Shown here: piece after piece, positions 57,436 through 64,000 of the stretch | Layout of the letters: each line of letters starts with the position of its first letter | Numbering within the stretch: the stretch's first letter is position 1 | Notes under the pieces: model-generated | The model's input: the letters and a program-made list of their open reading frames with translations, nothing else | Database searches by the model: none | Told to the model about the DNA's origin: nothing | Virus record (IMG/VR): IMGVR_UViG_3300021511_000004 | Direction: 5' to 3' (one strand) | DNA length: 64,000 nucleotides | Source: an uncultured virus (IMG/VR IMGVR_UViG_3300021511_000004) | Taxonomy: Duplodnaviria > Heunggongvirae > Uroviricota > Caudoviricetes | Position numbers and translations under genes: made by a program

Positions 57436-58188
57436 ATGATTGAAAAAATGTATCCTCTTTTGTGGGAAAGAGTGAAAAAAATAAAGAAAACGTGCTCAAT
57501 TGACCGTATTGAAGATGGATGTCTGACCTTTGCTAAAAGTTATTTACAGTTAGAACATTTATATAATACAGATATGACGGTTGATATTATTGCTCCATTT
57601 GGTATAATTATGACTTCAACTAATAATGTTAAGATTCACACATTAAAACCTTCTGATGATGTTAAAAATATTTTTATACAGTTACATAATATAATCAATG
57701 AAAATAAAGAAGCGAAAGAGAATGTTATAAGCCCAACTGCTGTGATTGATCCGACTGCACTTATTGGTGTTCCTGGTAATAATATAACTAAAATGTCAGA
57801 CGGAAGAATTATTAATATGAAGCATATGGGAAATGTTGTTATTGAAGACTATGCTGAAGTTCAAGCACTTTCTGTTGTTCATAGGTCTATTTTTAAATCA
57901 ACTATTATAAGAAAAAATGCACAAATATTTGCCAAGGTGAATATTGGTCATAATTGTGATATTGGAGAAAGTACTATTATATGTCCTGGTAGTATGATAG
58001 CTGGCGGTACTAAAATAGGAAAAAATTGTTATATCTGGCAGGGAGTGATAACAAAAAGCAATATAACTATATGTGATAATGTAATTATTGGAGCTGGTTC
58101 ATTAGTACTAAAAGATATTACTAAATCTGGAGTTTATTTTGGAAGGCCAGTTAAATATGTTAAAGCATATCAGGAGGATTTGAGATGA
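57436..58188 (+). CDS. Hexapeptide-repeat acyltransferase (LpxD-like)
   Basis: GNVVIED, HRS, IGHNCDIG, IAGG..IG, IGAGSLV.KDI. Confidence 0.85.
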   Translation: MIEKMYPLLWERVKKIKKTCSIDRIEDGCLTFAKSYLQLEHLYNTDMTVDIIAPFGIIMTSTNNVKIHTLKPSDDVKNIFIQLHNIINENKEAKENVISPTAVIDPTALIGVPGNNITKMSDGRIINMKHMGNVVIEDYAEVQALSVVHRSIFKSTIIRKNAQIFAKVNIGHNCDIGESTIICPGSMIAGGTKIGKNCYIWQGVITKSNITICDNVIIGAGSLVLKDITKSGVYFGRPVKYVKAYQEDLR

Positions 58189-58661
58189 ATATAATAGAAG
58201 AAGATTTTGAACATGGCGATCATTTTGAAATTGGTCATTTTAATGTTATTGGAAGGAATGTTAAAGTTGGTGATTATGCGATTATTGGCCATGGTTGTAT
58301 AATTGAAGATAATGTAAAAATTGGTAATCGTGTGATTTTGCAGGGTAATATTAAAATTGCTTCTGGAACTATAATTCAAGATTTATGTATATTAAAACAT
58401 GGAACCATACTAACAAATAATGCTTTACTTAAGCGAAATGTTTTTATGGGTCCTAATACAATTACACTCGGCGGTACCCATAAAAGAGTATCTGAACATG
58501 GAACTATTATTGGAAGAAATTGTTATATTGGTGCTGGATCTCAAATTGCAGCTAATAAGCAATTATATGATGATATTACATTAGGAGCTCTTTCATTTGT
58601 AAATAGAAATCTTACTGAATCAGGTATTTATATTGGGATACCAGTTAGGAAACTTAAATGA
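58185..58661 (+). CDS. Hexapeptide-repeat acetyltransferase
   Basis: Left-handed beta-helix repeats, IGAGS, G.P. Confidence 0.85.
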   Translation: MNIIEEDFEHGDHFEIGHFNVIGRNVKVGDYAIIGHGCIIEDNVKIGNRVILQGNIKIASGTIIQDLCILKHGTILTNNALLKRNVFMGPNTITLGGTHKRVSEHGTIIGRNCYIGAGSQIAANKQLYDDITLGALSFVNRNLTESGIYIGIPVRKLK

Positions 58662-59596
58662 AAATATTAATGCTTAATCCAAACCATATTAGAAGATTTA
58701 ATTGGGGTCACCAATTATTTAAAAATACATTTGGTCAGCAACATGAAGTTACTTATTATGGTGAAGGATTTCCTGGTTATAATAAGAATTTATCTATACC
58801 AAAATATCTTGCAAAAATAAAGAAAAAAAGAAAAAAGGAGTTTGATTTAATAATAACATATGAAACTAAGTGGGTTAGAGCATATAAGGATCTTGAAAAT
58901 ATTGATATACCAAAGGCACATATTGTTATTGATTATGTGAAACCAAGACCTGGATTTAAAGGATTTTCTGTTTGGCCGAATGTCAATAAACATTTAAAGC
59001 ATATAAAACCTGATATAATTTTTGCAAGAACAATTAGAGACGTTGAAGATTTAAAGAAAAATCTTGGTTTTGAAAAAGTATTTTTCCTTCCCTTTTCTGT
59101 TGAAACTGATATATATCGAAATATGAATTTAACCAGGAGTGTTGATACAATGGCTACATTTTCGAGTAGAAAAGATGTGTATCCTTTAAGACGAAGGATT
59201 CAGGTAATGCTGCATGGTATGCCTGTAAAGTCATTTACCAACCGAGCTGTTAATCATGCGTATATAAGGAAATTAAATGAGTCAAAAATGTTTATTAATA
59301 GTGGTAGTATTTATAAAAGATTGACTATGAAATTTACTGAGGTGTTAGCATGTGGAACTTTTTTAATAACAGAAGAAGCAGAAGATATGAAAGCTGCTGG
59401 TTTTGAACCAGGAAAACATTTGGTTGTTTTTAAAAATATGAATGACCTAAAATCAAAGATAAATTACTTTTTAAAACATGACAAAGATCGTGAAATAATT
59501 GCTAAAAGGGGTATGGAATTTGTTCATGCTAATCATAGTAATAAAGTAAGGGTTCAACAATTTATTGATAAAGTTAAAAAGGAGGTTTTGAGATGA
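58658..59596 (+). CDS. GT-B glycosyltransferase (CgeB/YkvP-like)
   Basis: Y...LNESKMFIN, MKFTEVLACGTFL, FEPGKH, REIIAKRG. Confidence 0.8.
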   Translation: MKILMLNPNHIRRFNWGHQLFKNTFGQQHEVTYYGEGFPGYNKNLSIPKYLAKIKKKRKKEFDLIITYETKWVRAYKDLENIDIPKAHIVIDYVKPRPGFKGFSVWPNVNKHLKHIKPDIIFARTIRDVEDLKKNLGFEKVFFLPFSVETDIYRNMNLTRSVDTMATFSSRKDVYPLRRRIQVMLHGMPVKSFTNRAVNHAYIRKLNESKMFINSGSIYKRLTMKFTEVLACGTFLITEEAEDMKAAGFEPGKHLVVFKNMNDLKSKINYFLKHDKDREIIAKRGMEFVHANHSNKVRVQQFIDKVKKEVLR

Positions 59597-60834
59597 TTAA
59601 AGAACCATTCGATCAATTACCAATGTTTCCATGTTTTAGAATAAAAGATACAAATGAGGAATTTTTTACTTTACAAGAAGCTGCTTTACATTTAAAGAAT
59701 GTGACACCAAATCCAAATCATGAATTAATAAGAAGACCTGGTCGTAATCATGAAAAGTATCCAATATATAAAAAACGAAGTAATGATTTACAAACAAAAG
59801 GTACATTTACAAGACCAACATTGATAAAAGAAATAGAATCAAAACCACCAACGCCATTTGATGATATTTTTTCATATTATCACAAAGAGTTTGGAAAGGA
59901 ACAAATAAATACAGACTCTTTTGTAAAATTATCAGTTGATGCATTGATGAAATCAATTGAAGAACAGTGGGATTTAAATGTGCTACATATTATGCCTTTT
60001 AGTTCTGGTTATGATACTAGATTAATTGCATTATTGTTAGAAAAATTATATAAGAAAAATGGGCCGGACTGGTTTGGAGATATGATATTTTTTGTTTTTG
60101 AGCCAGAGATAGAATATGCAACTAATGTTTTTAATCATCTAGAATTTCCAAATGAATGGTTGATACCAATAAGATCCGGTAATAAAACCGGTGTTGATTA
60201 TTATGCTGAAGTGCTTGATTTTAATAAGGTGGGTGAATGGTATTGTGAAGCTGAAAGATTTTGGGCAGGACCTGTGTTATCGAGGATCGTTTTACTTGAT
60301 GAACTTGGTATTAAAGATGCAGTGGGAATTAGTGGTTTATTTGGTGATGAAACTTCCAAAGCAAACATAAGAAATTGGCCAGACGTCGGTTATTTTGTTT
60401 CATGTTATCATTTTGATAATCCAACTCCATTTCTTGGAAGCAATATTAGATTTATGTTTCCATTTGTATCTAAAGAATATCTTGATGTAATACTCAAATA
60501 TAAAATACAATTGAAAACAGATCCAAATAAATTGAGATTAATTACATATTTAAATAAAACATTTTCAGATATTAATAAAACTCCAAATTATCGTTTTATT
60601 CATGGTCCAATTCTAAAGAAAAAAGGCCATGATAATTTTCAGCTCTTGTCTCGAGATACGGTAAATAAGATGAAAAAATCATTTTTAGATTCATGGTATT
60701 GTAAAACTTACAAAAAAGAGCATGCTGTTTCATTTTCAAAAATAATGCCATATTATAGTAATGCTGGTACGGAATATATTAAAGCTGCTATATATGAAAA
60801 TCTTATTAAAAGAGGATGTATTTTCAATGATTAA
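59593..60834 (+). CDS. Asparagine-synthase-like amidoligase domain protein
   Basis: PFSSGYDTR PP-loop, ISGLFGDE, FPF. Confidence 0.65.
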   Translation: MIKEPFDQLPMFPCFRIKDTNEEFFTLQEAALHLKNVTPNPNHELIRRPGRNHEKYPIYKKRSNDLQTKGTFTRPTLIKEIESKPPTPFDDIFSYYHKEFGKEQINTDSFVKLSVDALMKSIEEQWDLNVLHIMPFSSGYDTRLIALLLEKLYKKNGPDWFGDMIFFVFEPEIEYATNVFNHLEFPNEWLIPIRSGNKTGVDYYAEVLDFNKVGEWYCEAERFWAGPVLSRIVLLDELGIKDAVGISGLFGDETSKANIRNWPDVGYFVSCYHFDNPTPFLGSNIRFMFPFVSKEYLDVILKYKIQLKTDPNKLRLITYLNKTFSDINKTPNYRFIHGPILKKKGHDNFQLLSRDTVNKMKKSFLDSWYCKTYKKEHAVSFSKIMPYYSNAGTEYIKAAIYENLIKRGCIFND

Positions 60835-61462
60835 ACCGGCGAGTAATCCAGAGAAGCCTGTAAAATTTTATAATAAAAATATTGGTCGTGGAGAATTAGT
60901 TGAACCAGAAGAAAGTAATTGGTATCCAGTATATAAATTTGTTTTAGAATTTTTACCACCACCAAGCGAGACCCCAACGATATTAGACGTTGGTTGCGGA
61001 ACGGGTATGTTTGCAAAGATGTTATATAAAAAAGGGTATACTGAATATTCAGGTTTCGACTTTTCTAGAAGAAGAGTGAAAATAGCAAGGAACAGTGTTC
61101 CAGAATTTTCATTTGTTAAAAGAAATATGTTTGATGTGGGTATGCAAGATATATATCCTTTGTTTGATAATATTGTAGTTCTTGAAGTTTTGGAGCATAT
61201 AGAAAATGATTTAGAATTTTTAAGATCAATACCAGAAGGCAAAACTATTATATTCTCAGTTCCAAATATTTTATCTAATAGCCATGTGAGAGCTTTTATT
61301 AATGAAGAATCAGCTATAGAAAGATATAATAATATTTTAGACTTCTTACATGTTAGAATTTTTATAGGTAAACGTAAGAGACTTCACAGAAATGCTTATG
61401 GAAAATCCAAAAATATGTATTCAAAGATTTTTGTTTATAAATGCATAAAAAAGAAGGTATAG
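60827..61462 (+). CDS. Class I SAM-dependent methyltransferase
   Basis: ILDVGCGTG, GFDFS, LEVLEHIEND, FSVPN. Confidence 0.9.
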   Translation: MIKPASNPEKPVKFYNKNIGRGELVEPEESNWYPVYKFVLEFLPPPSETPTILDVGCGTGMFAKMLYKKGYTEYSGFDFSRRRVKIARNSVPEFSFVKRNMFDVGMQDIYPLFDNIVVLEVLEHIENDLEFLRSIPEGKTIIFSVPNILSNSHVRAFINEESAIERYNNILDFLHVRIFIGKRKRLHRNAYGKSKNMYSKIFVYKCIKKKV

Positions 61463-61464
61463 TT

Positions 61465-62217
61465 ATGATAAAAATTGTTTGTGTTATGGCAGCACATAGA
61501 AGAGAGACAATTACAATAAAAAGTATTCAAAGATTACATAAACAGAAATATAAGATATATGATATAGTTTTAGTTGGTGATAGTAAAATTGAAAAGAATG
61601 TAGCGAAGAAAACAGGTTGTAAATATGTTAGTTATGACAATATGCCTCTGAGCGATAAATGGCAAGCTGGAGTTGATTATGCCAGAAAATTAAAACCTGA
61701 TGCTATTATGATATGTGGTTCTGACTCTTGGCATACTAACAATTGGACTAAACGCTGTGCTGCATTAATTTCAAAAGGATTTGATTTGGTAGGTACTACA
61801 TTTTTTTATACATGTAAATCTTATCCAAATGAAGAGTTAAGAATAGTTGCTCGTAGATATGTTGGTAAGAGAGCTCTTGAACCAGTAGGTAGTGGGCGTG
61901 TCATATCTTCAAGAATATTAGATAAATTTAATTGGCAGTTATTTCCTAAAGGATTAAAGAGTGGTTTAGATAAACCAAGTTATGATAAAATTCTTGATCA
62001 TGGGGGAAAAGTAGAAATAATATATCATGATATAAAAGTTATGGGAATTAAGTCGGATTGGGATACCTTGAATCCGTGGAGGGATAATTTTAGATCAAGA
62101 CTTGCGGTTAGATTTTTGAATGAGATTGATAGTCCAAAAATATGGCTAAAAAGAAATTTTGATGAGGCTGTAAAAGATTTAGTAGATGTTACACCAAAAT
62201 TAATTATAAAAAAGTAG
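61465..62217 (+). CDS. GT-A fold glycosyltransferase
   Basis: VMAAHRR, N.PLSDKWQAG, ICGSD, GSGR. Confidence 0.7.
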   Translation: MIKIVCVMAAHRRETITIKSIQRLHKQKYKIYDIVLVGDSKIEKNVAKKTGCKYVSYDNMPLSDKWQAGVDYARKLKPDAIMICGSDSWHTNNWTKRCAALISKGFDLVGTTFFYTCKSYPNEELRIVARRYVGKRALEPVGSGRVISSRILDKFNWQLFPKGLKSGLDKPSYDKILDHGGKVEIIYHDIKVMGIKSDWDTLNPWRDNFRSRLAVRFLNEIDSPKIWLKRNFDEAVKDLVDVTPKLIIKK

Positions 62218-62225
62218 GATATAAA

Positions 62226-62852
62226 ATGTTTAATAGAATACTTGTAATAGGAGCGCATACAGATGATGTTGAAATTATGTGCGGAGGAACTATATCAAAG
62301 TTTATTGAGTTTGGTAGTGAAGTTTATTATTCGACATTTTCATATGCTGATAAATCATTACCAGAGGGATTTCCAGAAGGAACGACTGGCAAAGAAGTTC
62401 TTCAAGCAACAGCCGTTTTTAACATTCGACCTATAAATGTATTTTTATTTGATTTTGAAGTAAGAGTATTTCCAAAATTCAGACAAGAGATTTTAGAAAA
62501 TTTAGTTAAATTAAGGAAATCTATAGATCCCGATTTAGTTATAACACATAATTCAAATGATACACACCAAGATCATAAGGTAATTTCAGAAGAAACGTTT
62601 AGAGCCTTTAAACAAACTTCTTCGATTTGGGGATATGAGTCATTTAAAAATAATAGAGTATTTGATAATGATTTGTATGTTAAATTGAATAGTTTTCATA
62701 TAGACAAAAAGATTCAAGCGATGTCAAAATATAAATCTCAAATAGTTAAGTATGATAATCGGAGTGCTGTTGAGGCATTAGCAAAATATAGAGGCGCACA
62801 AATTAATAATAGTTATGCAGAATGTTTTGAAGTAATGAGGATGATTATATGA
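62226..62852 (+). CDS. PIG-L/LmbE family N-deacetylase
   Basis: GAHTDDVE..CGG, DTHQDH, YKSQ. Confidence 0.9.
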   Translation: MFNRILVIGAHTDDVEIMCGGTISKFIEFGSEVYYSTFSYADKSLPEGFPEGTTGKEVLQATAVFNIRPINVFLFDFEVRVFPKFRQEILENLVKLRKSIDPDLVITHNSNDTHQDHKVISEETFRAFKQTSSIWGYESFKNNRVFDNDLYVKLNSFHIDKKIQAMSKYKSQIVKYDNRSAVEALAKYRGAQINNSYAECFEVMRMII

Positions 62853-63739
62853 AAAAATTTGCATTAATTGGGTGTGGTGGTTTTGTTGCACCAAGACATA
62901 TGAAAGCAGTCAAAGATACAGGGAATGAAATCATTGCAATGCTTGATCCACATGATTCAGTTGGTATAATAGATAGTTATTTTCCAGATTCTGCATTTTT
63001 TACTGAATTTGAAAGATTTGATAGACATCTTGAAAAATTAAAAAGAAGGGGTGAAGGTGTTGATTATGTTAGTATTTGTTCACCTAATTATTTACATGAT
63101 GCTCATTGTAGATTAGCATTAAGACTTGGAGCAGATGCTATTTGTGAAAAACCTTTAGTTTTAAATCCATGGAATCTTGATCAGCTAAGGGAAATTGAAA
63201 ATGATAATAACCGAAGAATATATACAGTTTTGCAATTGAGACTTCATCCTGACTTAATAGAATTAAAGAAAAAGATAAATAATAAAAAATATAAAGTTGT
63301 AATAAACTATGTTACACCTAGAGGAGAATGGTATGGTAGGTCATGGAAGGGAGATGTAGATAAGTCTGGAGGATTGGCAACAAATATTGGTATTCATTTA
63401 TTTGATATGGTTATTTGGTTGTTTGGTGAATACAAAGATGTTTCAATATTCAGAAATGAATCTAAGTGTGTCAGTGGTAATATTGTATTAGAAAAAGCAG
63501 AGGTTGATTTTTTCCTATCAACACAAAAAGAAGATCTCCCAGAAGGTTATTCATCATATAGATTAATTGAAATTGATGGAGAACCTCTTAGATTTGATAA
63601 ATCTTTTACAGATTTACACACTGCTGTATATAAGGATATTTTAGATGGAAATGGTTTTGGTATTGATGATTCTTTACCATCTCTTGAATTAGTTTATAAA
63701 ATAAGGGAGAGATATTATAATGAATTATTTTGTTCATGA
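62849..63739 (+). CDS. wbpB: UDP-GlcNAcA 3-dehydrogenase (WbpB/WlbA, Gfo/Idh/MocA family)
   Basis: FALIG..GFVAPRHMKA, DPHDSVGIIDSYFP, FTEFERFDRH, ICSPNYLHDAH, CEKPLVLNPWN, SGGLATNIGIH.FD. Confidence 0.9.
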   Translation: MKKFALIGCGGFVAPRHMKAVKDTGNEIIAMLDPHDSVGIIDSYFPDSAFFTEFERFDRHLEKLKRRGEGVDYVSICSPNYLHDAHCRLALRLGADAICEKPLVLNPWNLDQLREIENDNNRRIYTVLQLRLHPDLIELKKKINNKKYKVVINYVTPRGEWYGRSWKGDVDKSGGLATNIGIHLFDMVIWLFGEYKDVSIFRNESKCVSGNIVLEKAEVDFFLSTQKEDLPEGYSSYRLIEIDGEPLRFDKSFTDLHTAVYKDILDGNGFGIDDSLPSLELVYKIRERYYNELFCS

Positions 63740-64000
63740 TTCTTCTTATGTAGATGAGGGTGCTGTAATAGGGGAAGGTACAAAGATTTGGCACTTTTGT
63801 CATATCACGTCTAAAGCTAAAATAGGAAAGAATTGTAATATTGGACAAAATGTTTTTATAGGAGATAATGTTATTTTAGGTGATAACTGTAAAGTCCAAA
63901 ATAACGTTTCTATTTATGAGGGAGTAATTATAGAAGATGGTGTATTTGTTGGACCTTCTGTTGTATTTACAAATATTAGAGCTCCAAGATCTTTTATCAG
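63720..64000 (+). CDS. wbpD: UDP-amino-sugar N-acetyltransferase (WbpD/WlbB), partial (not in ORF track)
   Basis: MNYFVHDSSYVDEGAVIGEGTKIWHFCHI...IGQNV...KVQNNVSIYEGV..EDGVFVGPSVVFTN. Confidence 0.88.
   Translation, partial: MNYFVHDSSYVDEGAVIGEGTKIWHFCHITSKAKIGKNCNIGQNVFIGDNVILGDNCKVQNNVSIYEGVIIEDGVFVGPSVVFTNIRAPRSFI

Noticed and set aside
202..63848. Short opposite-strand or nested ORFs in the track (e.g. 202..456, 1062..1484, 13358..13621, 30472..30915, 47501..47920, 60868..61242)
   Set aside because: They are shadows of well-supported genes, with no RBS or recognisable motifs
1..64000. Stop-codon reassignment or alternative genetic code
   Set aside because: Conserved genes are full length and densely tiled under the standard code; TAA, TAG and TGA all end genes
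50447..64000. Bacterial LPS locus implying a cellular chromosome
   Set aside because: Contiguous and similar in composition with phage structural and replication genes; no housekeeping genes or membrane export genes in the island

Overview
AT-rich, gene-dense segment of a large (jumbo-type) tailed phage genome read in the standard genetic code. Genes run on the - strand from 1 to 40315 and on the + strand from 40459 to the end. It encodes the N-terminus of a multi-subunit RNA polymerase beta' subunit and T4-like replication/recombination genes (primase, clamp loader, putative clamp, RecA/UvsX, Dda-like helicase, 5'-3' exonuclease, RuvC-like resolvase, class II RNR). It also has contractile-tail baseplate genes (gp5/VgrG-like, PAAR, gp53-like), five free-standing HNH endonucleases (four of one modular family), RNA-maintenance genes (CCA-adding/HD, nucleotidyltransferase, queuosine salvage, KhpA), an actin-like ATPase and a >13 kb glycosylation/nucleotide-sugar island. 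The most striking element is a c-di-GMP-I (GEMM) riboswitch at ~7865-7940 (-) directly upstream of a compact surface-polysaccharide cassette: processive GT2 synthase, unannotated 28-aa membrane peptide, CE4 deacetylase, outer-membrane beta-barrel and OmpA. Other unannotated signals are a dnaX-like -1 frameshift site joining two ORFs (~19990), two recurrent intergenic promoter-like motifs, structured leaders and an AT-only palindrome near the strand switch. PxxKW-like proteins and the riboswitch subtype point to a Desulfobacterota (deltaproteobacterial) host. All calls come from motif recognition by eye; no searches were run.
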